Sequence record: SRR20825006_505
Length of the DNA: 64,000 nt
Reading direction: 5' to 3' (one strand)
Shown in pieces: positions 9,722 to 19,148 of this stretch (position 1 is its first letter; the number at the start of each line of letters is the position of its first letter). The position numbers and the translations under genes are program-made. The notes under the pieces are model-generated. The model searched no databases. It was not told where the DNA came from and was given only the letters and a program-made list of their open reading frames with translations.

Positions 9722-10594
9722 TTGGCTTCTCAACCCCATATGCCCGCGCAATTGGCGCAACCGCTTATTCGGCGCGCCGTGGAAAATGCGCTGCTGGAAG
9801 ATTTAGGCCAAGCGGGCGATTTGACCACGCAAGCCACGCTTTCCCCTTCCGCCACTGCCATTGCGGTGATGAATGTGCGCCAAACCGGCATTGTGAGCGG
9901 TATCGATTTGGCACGCGCGGCATTTACGCTGATCGGCGATGGCTTAGAGTTTGAAGCCCATGTGGCCGATGGCGATCTTGTTACACCCGGGCAAGACATT
10001 GCGACCATTCGCGGCAATGCGCGTTTAATCATGTCTGCTGAACGGGTTGCGCTTAATTTTATGTGCCATATGAGCGGCATTTCCACCTTCACCAAACGCT
10101 TTGTGGATGAGGTGCAAGGCACCGGAGCGAAAATCTGTTGCACGCGCAAAACAACGCCCGGCCTTCGTGCCTTTGAAAAATATGCAGTGAAGTGTGGCGG
10201 CGGTTCGAACCATCGGTTCGGCTTGGACGATGCGATTTTGATTAAAGACAACCACATTGCTGTGGCTGGTGGCGTGAGGCAAGCTGTTGAGGCAGCAAAA
10301 GCCTTTGCGGGCCATTTGGTTGCGATTGAGGTTGAAGTGGACACGCTAGAACAGTTTGGCGAAGCGCTTGATGCGGGCGCCACTGCTGTGCTGTTGGATA
10401 ATATGAAGCCGAAAATGCTGCGCGAAGCGGTGCATGCGGCAAAAGGATCAGCTCGACTAGAAGCTTCTGGCGGCATTGATCTCGATAGTGTGCGCAAAGT
10501 TGCTGAAACTGGCGTAGAATTCATCTCCACCAGCAAGATTACCATGGCGGCTGTGCCGCTTGATATTGGCCTTGATATCAAGATCGAACTTTAG
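9722..10594 (+). CDS. nadC: Quinolinate phosphoribosyltransferase
   Basis: ALLED...GDLT, TRKTTPG, NHRFGLDD, LIKDNH, EVEVD, LLDN, EASGGI. Confidence 0.95.
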   Translation: MASQPHMPAQLAQPLIRRAVENALLEDLGQAGDLTTQATLSPSATAIAVMNVRQTGIVSGIDLARAAFTLIGDGLEFEAHVADGDLVTPGQDIATIRGNARLIMSAERVALNFMCHMSGISTFTKRFVDEVQGTGAKICCTRKTTPGLRAFEKYAVKCGGGSNHRFGLDDAILIKDNHIAVAGGVRQAVEAAKAFAGHLVAIEVEVDTLEQFGEALDAGATAVLLDNMKPKMLREAVHAAKGSARLEASGGIDLDSVRKVAETGVEFISTSKITMAAVPLDIGLDIKIEL

Positions 10595-10608
10595 GACACG
10601 GCGCCCCC

Positions 10609-11430
10609 ATGCCTCAATTTGACGAACTCGCCCAGTGCATGCTTGATGCTGCGCTGGCCGCCAGCCAGATTATTCTTGATCATTATCAGGGCCATATTGC
10701 CGTAGAGCGCAAAGATGATGGGTCGCCCGTAACTGCGGCGGATGCGGCTGGCGAGGCGATTATCATCGAAAAGCTGAAATGCTTGAACATCCCCGTGCTC
10801 GGCGAAGAGAGCGTGGCAGAGGGCAAGATCCCACTATTGAGCGATCGTTTCTTCGTGGTCGATCCGCTAGATGGCACAAAAGAGTTTATCAAGCGCAATG
10901 GCGAGTTCACCGTAAACATCGCATTGGTGGAGCATGGCATTCCCACCTATGGGGTAATTATTGCGCCAGCGCTCGGCACCGCTTATGTGGGAAGCCCCAG
11001 CGGCACTTATAAAGCACTGATGGAAGATGGCGAGCCGAATGACTGGCAGCAAATTCACACTAATCCGGATATGGATTGTAAGATTGTGGCCAGTCGCTCC
11101 CATGCGCATGGGGCGATCAAATATTTCTTAGATGAAGCTGGCCCATGCGAAGATGTGTCGGTTGGCTCCTCACTCAAATTCTGTTTGGTGGCAGAAGGTA
11201 GTGCCCTGCACTATCCACGCTTCACGCCCACTTGCGAGTGGGACATTGCGGCGGGACATGCCATTTTAAGCCATGCGGGTGGCGCGCTGATCGAGGCAAG
11301 TGGCAAGCCCATGCGCTATGGCAAGGTGGAGGCAGATTTCCTCAATCCCTATTTTGCCGCGGCAGCCACCGAAGCACAGGCAAAAGAATGTGCGCTTATT
11401 ATGCAGCGGGCGCTTGAAAAGGCGCAGTAA
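10609..11430 (+). CDS. cysQ: 3'(2'),5'-bisphosphate nucleotidase
   Basis: KDDGSPVTAAD, VDPLDGTKEF, SRSH, GSSLKFC, EWDIAAG. Confidence 0.9.
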   Translation: MPQFDELAQCMLDAALAASQIILDHYQGHIAVERKDDGSPVTAADAAGEAIIIEKLKCLNIPVLGEESVAEGKIPLLSDRFFVVDPLDGTKEFIKRNGEFTVNIALVEHGIPTYGVIIAPALGTAYVGSPSGTYKALMEDGEPNDWQQIHTNPDMDCKIVASRSHAHGAIKYFLDEAGPCEDVSVGSSLKFCLVAEGSALHYPRFTPTCEWDIAAGHAILSHAGGALIEASGKPMRYGKVEADFLNPYFAAAATEAQAKECALIMQRALEKAQ

Positions 11431-11571
11431 CCACCTATTTACATTGAAAAATAGTCCAATCGTAACTTCTGTACGTAAGAATGCTTGGGTACAGAGGATT
11501 GGAATTTACCTTTTGTTGCCCTTTTACAAAAAAGTGATGGCGGAAACCTTGTCATTATGATTTTCCGTCAT

Positions 11572-11601
11572 ATATAGAGTTGATATATATCGATCCTATA
11601 T
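11572..11601. promoter_or_regulatory. Imperfect 30-bp palindrome, probable PadR operator
   Basis: ATATAG-AGTT-GATATATATC-GATC-CTATAT, 16 bp before the PadR start codon. Confidence 0.55.
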
Positions 11602-11617
11602 GAGGCAACGCTTTTAA

Positions 11618-12166
11618 ATGAATGTAAAAACCATCTGTCTCGCCATTTTGACCCAAGGCGAAACCACCGGATATGACATTCGCAAACGCTCCACTGAGGG
11701 CGATTATGCCTATTTCATGGAAGCCAGCTTTGGCTCCATCTATCCCGCTTTGTCTAAGCTTGAGGAAGAGGGATATGTGACCAGCCGCACGGTGGCGCAG
11801 GAAGGCAAACCTTCCAAACGGGTTTACCAAATCACCCCAACAGGACGCGAGTTCTTTATCAACTCGCTTTATGACGAGCTGAACGATGACATGTTCCGCT
11901 CGGAATTTTTGCTGTTTTTGCGGTTTGTGGAAGATTTGCCACGGTCGCTGGTGGAAAAGCGGATCAATGAGCGGGTCGCCAAATGCGACGACGCCATTGA
12001 GAACGTCAAAAAGTTGGAAAAAGAATTTACCAAGCCCTCTGAACGGTGGGTTTTGAACTTTGGGCAGCACTGCATGCGCAATGCCCGACAATATTTGATT
12101 GAACAAAAACACGAGATTATCGCGTTGGCGCAGGAAGAAGAAACCCCTGCCCGCGCTGCCGAATAG
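11618..12166 (+). CDS. PadR-family transcriptional regulator
   Basis: TGYDI, GSIYPALSKLE..G.V, KRVYQIT..GR. Confidence 0.9.
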   Translation: MNVKTICLAILTQGETTGYDIRKRSTEGDYAYFMEASFGSIYPALSKLEEEGYVTSRTVAQEGKPSKRVYQITPTGREFFINSLYDELNDDMFRSEFLLFLRFVEDLPRSLVEKRINERVAKCDDAIENVKKLEKEFTKPSERWVLNFGQHCMRNARQYLIEQKHEIIALAQEEETPARAAE

Positions 12167-12177
12167 GGACAAGATTT

Positions 12178-13389
12178 ATGCGTTTTCTACTGTCATATGG
12201 CGTAGCCTTTTTGCTGCTTTTGGGCATTGGCGGCTGGATGGCCTCTGGCTATTTGGTGCAAGGCGGACAAGGGCCGGGCAATGGCGAAACACAAGTGTTG
12301 GATGCCGTAGACTTGCCCGGCGCTGACAAAGCCAAAGATTTGATGACCGAATTCGGCATGATTGAAAGCGAAGAAGACGCCAAAGTGGCTGAAGCCGCTG
12401 CTGCGGAAGAAGCGGCAGTCGAAGAAGAAGCTACGGCCGAATTGCAATCCGTTCGCACGCAGACTTTCGCCGTACAGCAATTGCCGTTGACCGTGACCTT
12501 GCGGGGCAACACGAAGGCGAAAGCAACTGTGTCCATACGCGCGGAAACAACTGGAATTTTGGATGAACGCCATGTTGAAAAAGGCGATGTGGTGAAAGCT
12601 GGCGACCTGCTCTGCACAATTGATGCGGGCACACGGGAAGCGCGCTTGGCACAGGCAGAGGCGGCGCTTGAGAAAGCCAAGTCTGACTTTGAAACCAACG
12701 AAAAGTTGCGGGCAAAAGATTTTGCTTCGGCCAATTCGGCTGCCGCATATGAGTCTGCCCTCAAATCCGCACAGGCACAATTGGATGAAGCCAAGGCCGA
12801 GCTGGACCGCACAAAAATTTATGCGGAAACTGGCGGCATTGTGCATGACCCGATTGCTCAGGTGGGCGACATGCTTTCCGCTGGCGGCGCATGTGTGACC
12901 TTGGTGCAGCTTGACCCGCTGGTGTTTGTGGGCGATGTGGCAGAGAGCAAAATTGATGCGGTGCAAATTGGCTTGCCCGTGACTGTGAAAACAGTGACTG
13001 GTCGCGAAATTGAGGGCAAAGTTTCTTACATTAGCCCAACCGCCAACAGCTCTACCCGCGCCTTCCCTGTTGAAGTTGAATTGCCAAATCCAAACAACTC
13101 AATCCGCGCTGGATTGACTGCAGAAGCATCAGCCGTTTTGGGCAATGTGCCTGCGCATTTGGTGCCGCAATCTGTATTGACCCTCGACAATGAGGGCACA
13201 TTGGGCGTGCGCGCTGTGGAAGATGGCAAAGTGGTTTTTTATGACGTGGAAATTGCAGGCGATAGCCAAGAAGGTATCTGGGTGACCGGCCTGCCAAATT
13301 CAGTCGACATTATTACTGTAGGACAAGAATATGTGGTCGCGGGGCAAGCTGTCGCGGCTGACAATGTAAGCGAAGAGACAACATCATGA
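12178..13389 (+). CDS. RND efflux periplasmic adaptor (membrane fusion protein)
   Basis: N-terminal membrane anchor, lipoyl half-motifs (VEKGDVVKAGD), coiled coil, TRAFPVEV. Confidence 0.9.
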   Translation: MRFLLSYGVAFLLLLGIGGWMASGYLVQGGQGPGNGETQVLDAVDLPGADKAKDLMTEFGMIESEEDAKVAEAAAAEEAAVEEEATAELQSVRTQTFAVQQLPLTVTLRGNTKAKATVSIRAETTGILDERHVEKGDVVKAGDLLCTIDAGTREARLAQAEAALEKAKSDFETNEKLRAKDFASANSAAAYESALKSAQAQLDEAKAELDRTKIYAETGGIVHDPIAQVGDMLSAGGACVTLVQLDPLVFVGDVAESKIDAVQIGLPVTVKTVTGREIEGKVSYISPTANSSTRAFPVEVELPNPNNSIRAGLTAEASAVLGNVPAHLVPQSVLTLDNEGTLGVRAVEDGKVVFYDVEIAGDSQEGIWVTGLPNSVDIITVGQEYVVAGQAVAADNVSEETTS

Positions 13390-16300
13390 TTGGTGCACTC
13401 GAGAACATTCTCCGCCGCCCGAAAACCGTTATCGTCGTCATGCTGGTGATGCTGCTGGCGGGTGTTTCGGCCTATATTAACTTGCCTAAAGAGAGCCAGC
13501 CCGATGTGGATGTGCCTTATCTTTACGTCTCCGTGTCGCAAACAGGTGTTTCCCCTGGTGACGCTGAGCGTTTGTTGGCGCGCCCGCTTGAAAATGAGCT
13601 GCGCAATCTGGACGGGTTGAAAAACATCACTTCCACCTCAACCACTGGCCACGCGTCAGTGTTTTTGGAATTTGATATTAATTTCGACAAAGACCAAGCG
13701 CTGACTGATGTGCGCGAAAAGGTTGATAGCGCCAAAAGCAAACTGCCAGATGATGCAAATGAGCCAACGGTTCATGAAATCTCAGCCAATGGCTTTGCCA
13801 CGATCACTGTTGCGCTTTCTGGCGATGTGCCAGAGCGCACTTTGTTGCGTATTGCCCAAGATTTGCAAGAAGACCTTGAAGGCATCTCCACCGTGCGCGA
13901 TGTGGGCATGGCGGGCGACCGCGAAGAAGTGCTGGACGTTATTGTCGATCTGTTGAAGCTGGAAAGCTACAATTTGACCACCAACCAATTGTTCGACGCC
14001 TTGGCGCGGAACAATATGGTTGTGCCTGCAGGCACTTTGGACACTGGACAGGGCAAGTTTGCCCTTGAGGTGCCGGGCCTGATTGAGAATGCGCAAGATG
14101 TGTTCAATTTGCCGCTGAAAACCGACGGCAGCACCATTGTGACCTTTGGTGATGTGGCGACCATTCAGCGGACCTTTAAAGACGCAACCGACTTCACCCG
14201 TGTGAATGGCGAACCTGCCATCATTTTGGAAGTGAATAAGCGGTTGGGTGCGAACATTATCGACACGTCTGATTTTGTGCGCTCAACGGTTGAAAAAGCA
14301 GCTGCGGATTGGCCAAAAACCATTCACTATTCCTATATGCTGGACCAAGCGAAGTTCTCCAAAACCATGTTGGACTCGCTGCAATCTGCTGTTTTGACCG
14401 CGATTGCGTTGGTGATGATTGTGACCATTGCGATGTTGGGCATTCGCCCGGCGATCATGGTGGGCATTGCCATCCCAACCAGCTTTATGATGGCGTTCTT
14501 CTTCCTGCAGTTGATGGGCTACACCGTGAACATGATGATCATGTTCGGCCTGGTGTTGACCGTTGGTATGCTGGTGGATGGCGCGATCGTGATCGTGGAA
14601 TATGCCGACCGGAAAATTTCAGAAGGCATGCCGCGTAAAGAAGCCTTTATCCGTGCTGCCAAACTGATGTTCTGGCCCATCGTGTCATCAACGGCGACCA
14701 CATTGGCGGCCTTTACGCCCATGTTGTTGTGGCCGGGCATTATCGGTAAATTTATGAGCTATTTGCCGATCATGGTGATCATCACGCTGATCTCTTCTTT
14801 GATCACTGCGATGATCTTCTTACCGGTGATTGGTGGTTTGATTGCCCGGAAAAATGTGAGTGAGAAAGAACAAGCTGCGGCGAAGTCTCTTTCTGTACAC
14901 AATCATTTTGACCCGAAAAAAGTGCCTGGCTTGACCGGTGTCTATATTCGCTTTTTGAATATGATTATCCGCCGGCCATTGTTTGTGATTGCCTTTGGCG
15001 TGTCGATCATTGTCGGCATCTTCATGTATTACGGCAATAACCCGACAGGCACAGTGGCCTTCCCTGAGATTGAGCCTGAATATGCCACCGTGGCCATTAC
15101 TGGCCGGGGCAACTATTCGCCCGTGGAAATTCGCGACCTCTTGATCGAAGTTGAGCAAGAAGTGCTGAAAGTGGATGGCATTGAAGATGTGGTGATGAAC
15201 TTCGGTTCAACTGGCGCGGTGAGCGCAACACCACCCGACACAATCGGCAACTTGCAGCTTGAGCTTGAGCCGTTCCGTGACCGTCGCTATGCCAAAGATA
15301 TCTTTGAAGATATCCGCAACAATGTGGCGCACATTTCTGGCCTAGGCGTTGAATTGCTGGGTGCGGAAGAAGGCCCACCAACAGGTAAAGACGTGAATAT
15401 GCGTGTGGTTGCCACAAGCTATGAAGCGTTGGCCCCAGTTGTGGCTGAAATCCGCGACTATGTGGAAAATGACCTTGGCAACATGATTGAGGTTGAAGAT
15501 GGTCGTCCCCTCCCCGGCATTGACTGGGAGATCAAAGTGGACCGCGAAAAAGCGGCTCTATTTGGCCTTGGGGTGCGTGAACTTTCACCTTATGTGCAGC
15601 TTGTGACCTCTGGCGTGACCATTGGCAGCTATCGCCCGGATGACGCGAAAGACGAGTTGGACATTCAAGTGCGTTTGCCACAAGATCAACGCAGCTTTGA
15701 TGCGTTGGACAGCTTGCGCGTGATCACCAACCAAGGTTTGGTGCCTGTGTCTAACTTTATTGACCGTCAAGCCGTGCCAAAAGTGGCCAACATTGAACGG
15801 CGCAATGAGAAATACACAATGAGCGTGCGGGCCAATGTGGTGCCGGGTGAAAAAGAAGATGGCACCCCGATCAACGCGGCCACCAAGGTGGAAGAGTTGA
15901 AAACCTGGATTGGCGAGCAAACCTGGCCGTCAAATGTGGATTTTGAATTTGCTGGTGCGGACGAGCAAACTCAAGAAACCAACGCCTTCATGATGCAGGC
16001 TGGATTGGGCGCAATGTTCTTGATGTTCTTGATCTTGCTGACCCAGTTCAACAGCTTCTATCAGGTGTTCATCACGCTTTCGACCGTCGTGATGTCTGTT
16101 GCGGGTGTGTTGTTGGGCCTTGTGATCACACAACAATCCTTCTCGGCCATTATGACCGGCGTGGGCATTGTGTCGCTGGCGGGTATTGTGGTGAACAACT
16201 CGATCGTTTTGATTGATACGTTTAACCGCTTCCACCGCGAAGAAGGCATTGACCCGATCACCGCATCATTGATGACCGCTTCCCAACGGTTGCGGCCTGT

Positions 16301-16769
16301 GATGTTGACCACGATCACCACGATCTTTGGCCTGGTCCCAATGGCAATGGGTGTTTCTATCGACTTCTTTGCCCGCGAGATCTTGGTTGGTGACCCATCA
16401 GGCGCCTGGTGGATTCAATTGGCCACTGCCGTGATTGCAGGTTTGAGCTTCTCTACCCTGCTGACCTTGGTGATGGTGCCTGTGATGATCTCCGCCCCTG
16501 CGGTTTGGAAAGACTTCTTTGTGTGGGTTTGGACCTCAACAGCTGGCCGCAATGCGGCGAAAGAAAACGTTGCTGAGGACCAATTGGCTGAAGAGCAAGA
16601 GGCAGAGCCTGCGCTTGCTGCACAAGATCAGCCAACGGATGCTCAAATCCCAGGCCATGCGAATAGTGCCAAACAATATATCCGCACACCAGTGGAAGGC
16701 ACCTTGCTGGCGGAAGAAAAGAACGGCGTGACCATCGTGTCTCGCCCGACCCCGGAAGCGGCTGAGTAA
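13386..16769 (+). CDS. RND efflux permease (AcrB/AcrD/AcrF family) with acidic C-terminal tail
   Basis: GMLVDGAIVIVE, GIVVNNSIVLID, RLRPVMLTT; ATGA overlap with the adaptor gene. Confidence 0.92.
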   Translation: MIGALENILRRPKTVIVVMLVMLLAGVSAYINLPKESQPDVDVPYLYVSVSQTGVSPGDAERLLARPLENELRNLDGLKNITSTSTTGHASVFLEFDINFDKDQALTDVREKVDSAKSKLPDDANEPTVHEISANGFATITVALSGDVPERTLLRIAQDLQEDLEGISTVRDVGMAGDREEVLDVIVDLLKLESYNLTTNQLFDALARNNMVVPAGTLDTGQGKFALEVPGLIENAQDVFNLPLKTDGSTIVTFGDVATIQRTFKDATDFTRVNGEPAIILEVNKRLGANIIDTSDFVRSTVEKAAADWPKTIHYSYMLDQAKFSKTMLDSLQSAVLTAIALVMIVTIAMLGIRPAIMVGIAIPTSFMMAFFFLQLMGYTVNMMIMFGLVLTVGMLVDGAIVIVEYADRKISEGMPRKEAFIRAAKLMFWPIVSSTATTLAAFTPMLLWPGIIGKFMSYLPIMVIITLISSLITAMIFLPVIGGLIARKNVSEKEQAAAKSLSVHNHFDPKKVPGLTGVYIRFLNMIIRRPLFVIAFGVSIIVGIFMYYGNNPTGTVAFPEIEPEYATVAITGRGNYSPVEIRDLLIEVEQEVLKVDGIEDVVMNFGSTGAVSATPPDTIGNLQLELEPFRDRRYAKDIFEDIRNNVAHISGLGVELLGAEEGPPTGKDVNMRVVATSYEALAPVVAEIRDYVENDLGNMIEVEDGRPLPGIDWEIKVDREKAALFGLGVRELSPYVQLVTSGVTIGSYRPDDAKDELDIQVRLPQDQRSFDALDSLRVITNQGLVPVSNFIDRQAVPKVANIERRNEKYTMSVRANVVPGEKEDGTPINAATKVEELKTWIGEQTWPSNVDFEFAGADEQTQETNAFMMQAGLGAMFLMFLILLTQFNSFYQVFITLSTVVMSVAGVLLGLVITQQSFSAIMTGVGIVSLAGIVVNNSIVLIDTFNRFHREEGIDPITASLMTASQRLRPVMLTTITTIFGLVPMAMGVSIDFFAREILVGDPSGAWWIQLATAVIAGLSFSTLLTLVMVPVMISAPAVWKDFFVWVWTSTAGRNAAKENVAEDQLAEEQEAEPALAAQDQPTDAQIPGHANSAKQYIRTPVEGTLLAEEKNGVTIVSRPTPEAAE

Positions 16770-16795
16770 TCTAGCCCTTTCCAACCTCCAAAGTG

Positions 16796-16824
16796 AAACG
16801 GCCCCTTGCGGGGCCGTTTTTTTT
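16796..16824. terminator. Rho-independent terminator between convergent RND and ABC genes
   Basis: AAACGGCCCC-TTGC-GGGGCCGTTT followed by a T-run. Confidence 0.85.
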
Positions 16825-16850
16825 GTCGTCGATTAAGTTGGGAACCTGTT

Positions 16851-18767
16851 CTATTGAGCGGGTTCGTCTTCGGTCTTCACGGTGATGAAGCCCTCATTGC
16901 CCGCATCTTCGCGTGCTTTGCGCAAGCGCTCGCCAGCTTCATCCACTTCGCGTTGACGGTTCCACATTTGCGCGTAGAGCCCTTCTTGCGCCAACAGACC
17001 TTCGTGATCTCCACGCTCTGCAATGCGGCCATCGCGCAAGACTATGATTTCATCTGCATTGATGACGGTGGACAAGCGGTGAGCAATGACCAATGTTGTC
17101 CGGTCTTGCGCAACAGCATCCAGCGCCGTTTGGATTTCCCGCTCTGTTTGGGTATCCAATGCAGATGTCGCCTCGTCCAAGATCAAGATTGGCGGGCTTT
17201 TCAAGATGGTACGGGCAATGGCCACACGCTGCTTTTCGCCACCTGACAATTTCAGGCCACGTTCGCCCACTTGGGTGTTAAACCCATCCGGCAAACCGTC
17301 GATAAAGTCTGAAATCTGCGCCAGACGCGCCGCTTCACGCACTTCTGCATCAGTTGCATCCGGGCGGCCATAGCGAATGTTATATTCGATCGTGTCGTTG
17401 AACAGTACAGTATCTTGCGGTACCATACCGACAGCGGCACGGAGCGATTTCTGCGTGACATCACGCACATCTTGACCATCGATCTCCACGCTGCCTTCAA
17501 TCACATCATAGAAGCGATAAATCAGCCGCGAGATGGTGGATTTACCCGCACCGGAAGGGCCCACAACGGCGATGGTTTTGCCTGCAGGCACTTCAAAGCT
17601 GATGCCTTTGAGGATTTCGCGGTCTGGATCATAGTGGAACTTCACATCGTTGAACTTCAGCACGGGGCCATCCACTTTCAGCGGCTTGGCGTTTGGCTTG
17701 TCTTCAATCTCCGCATCCTGATCCAGCAAAGCGAACATTTGCTCAATGTCGGTAAGGCCCTGACGGATTTCGCGATAGACGAAACCGATAAAGTTCAAGG
17801 GTCGATAGATCTGCATCATGAAAGTGTTGATCAACACAAAGTCGCCCACGGTGATGGCACCGCTGACAACGCCCTGAACGGACATAACGCCAATCACAAT
17901 CATCCCCACCCAGAAGATCACCGCTTGGCCAAAGTTCAAGAAGCCGAGCGAAGTCCACATGCGGATGGCTGCGCCTTCATATTTGGCCATGGCGCCATCA
18001 AAGCGTTTGGCTTCCATTTCTTCATTGCCGAAATATTTGACGGTTTCAAAGTTCAGCAAGCTGTCAATGGCTTTAGAATTGGCGTCTGTGTCGCTGTCGT
18101 TCATGGCGCGGCGAATGCCGATCCGCCAGTTTGAGGCTTTGACCGTGAAATAGATGTAGAGCCAAATGGTGAGGACCAGCACGCCAAGATAGGAAATGCC
18201 GAACATCCACACAAAGACAGTGCCGATGATGAGAAACTCGACCAATGCAGGGGCCGTGTTGAGCATGGTGAAACGCACAATGGTTTCAATGCCTTTGGTC
18301 CCCCGCTCAATGACCCGCGACAAGCCACCTGTGCGACGCTGCAAATGATAGCGCAGGCTTAAGGCGTGCAAATGCTTGAACGTGCGATGCGCCAATTGGC
18401 GCACGGCATGTTGGCCGACAGAGGCAAACAGCACGTCACGCAATTGCATAAAGCCGCTTTCAATGATGGAGCCGAGGCCATAAGCGATTGCAAAAATGAA
18501 AGGCAAGGAAAGGCCCAGCCAAATGGCAGCTTCGGTGCCTGACGGCTCGCCCAAGCTATCTATGACGCCTTTATAGGCGAAGGGCACCAAGGTGGATGCG
18601 CCTTTTGCGGCGAGCAAGGCGACAATCGCCAAAATGACTCGCATTTTGAGTTCTGGTCGGTCGCTTGGCCACATATAGGGCCAAAGATTTTTCACCGTCG
18701 TGAGGACATCACCTTCTTCGGCGCTGACGGTTTGTTTTCTATTTTTGTTGGTCTGATTGTCTGCCAT
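16851..18767 (-). CDS. atm1: Atm1/ABCB7-type ABC half-transporter (heavy metal / glutathione exporter)
   Basis: RRTGGLSRVIERG, DSLLNFETVKYF, YRPLNFIGFVYREI, GPSGAGKST, LSGGEKQRV. Confidence 0.9.
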   Translation of the reverse strand: MADNQTNKNRKQTVSAEEGDVLTTVKNLWPYMWPSDRPELKMRVILAIVALLAAKGASTLVPFAYKGVIDSLGEPSGTEAAIWLGLSLPFIFAIAYGLGSIIESGFMQLRDVLFASVGQHAVRQLAHRTFKHLHALSLRYHLQRRTGGLSRVIERGTKGIETIVRFTMLNTAPALVEFLIIGTVFVWMFGISYLGVLVLTIWLYIYFTVKASNWRIGIRRAMNDSDTDANSKAIDSLLNFETVKYFGNEEMEAKRFDGAMAKYEGAAIRMWTSLGFLNFGQAVIFWVGMIVIGVMSVQGVVSGAITVGDFVLINTFMMQIYRPLNFIGFVYREIRQGLTDIEQMFALLDQDAEIEDKPNAKPLKVDGPVLKFNDVKFHYDPDREILKGISFEVPAGKTIAVVGPSGAGKSTISRLIYRFYDVIEGSVEIDGQDVRDVTQKSLRAAVGMVPQDTVLFNDTIEYNIRYGRPDATDAEVREAARLAQISDFIDGLPDGFNTQVGERGLKLSGGEKQRVAIARTILKSPPILILDEATSALDTQTEREIQTALDAVAQDRTTLVIAHRLSTVINADEIIVLRDGRIAERGDHEGLLAQEGLYAQMWNRQREVDEAGERLRKAREDAGNEGFITVKTEDEPAQ

Positions 18768-19087
18768 TAGGACTTGGTGCTCGCTTTGATTTTTTGTGTG
18801 GCGGCGGCGTCTTCAGCCAGGATATCTTCTATTCCAGCAATAAGCCGCTGAAACGGCTCTCTGCATATGGAATAGCAGTTTTTAGTGCCCTGCCCTTTGC
18901 GTTCAATAAGGCCCGCTTCCACCAGCACTTTGAGGTGCTGAGAGACTGTGGATTGAGCCAAATCGATGCAGGTGGTGACATCACCACAACAGGGTGTTTT
19001 TTGCTTCGACAGAAAGCGCAAAATGGCAACCCGTGCGGGATGGCCCACTGCGCGTGTGAGTGTTGCTAAATCATCATCTTGAGACAT
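18767..19087 (-). CDS. ArsR/SmtB-family repressor
   Basis: [39 protein letters not shown] stop/start overlap with atm1. Confidence 0.9.
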   Translation of the reverse strand: MSQDDDLATLTRAVGHPARVAILRFLSKQKTPCCGDVTTCIDLAQSTVSQHLKVLVEAGLIERKGQGTKNCYSICREPFQRLIAGIEDILAEDAAATQKIKASTKS

Positions 19088-19090
19088 GAA

Positions 19091-19124
19091 AAACCCTTTA
19101 TCGTATTTTTACGATAAAGGGTTT
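19091..19124. promoter_or_regulatory. Perfect 15-bp-arm inverted repeat: probable ArsR operator and possible terminator for the LysM gene
   Basis: AAACCCTTTATCGTA-TTTT-TACGATAAAGGGTTT, 3 bp upstream of the arsR ATG. Confidence 0.75.
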
Positions 19125-19148
19125 GACGTTAAACTGCAAGTCGCAATT

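Noticed and set aside
9730-10581. 283-aa antisense ORF over nadC, and similar long antisense ORFs over rimK, atm1, the RND genes and the LysM gene
   Set aside because: Shadow ORFs produced by codon bias of the real genes; Ser/Ala/Thr-rich with no motifs.
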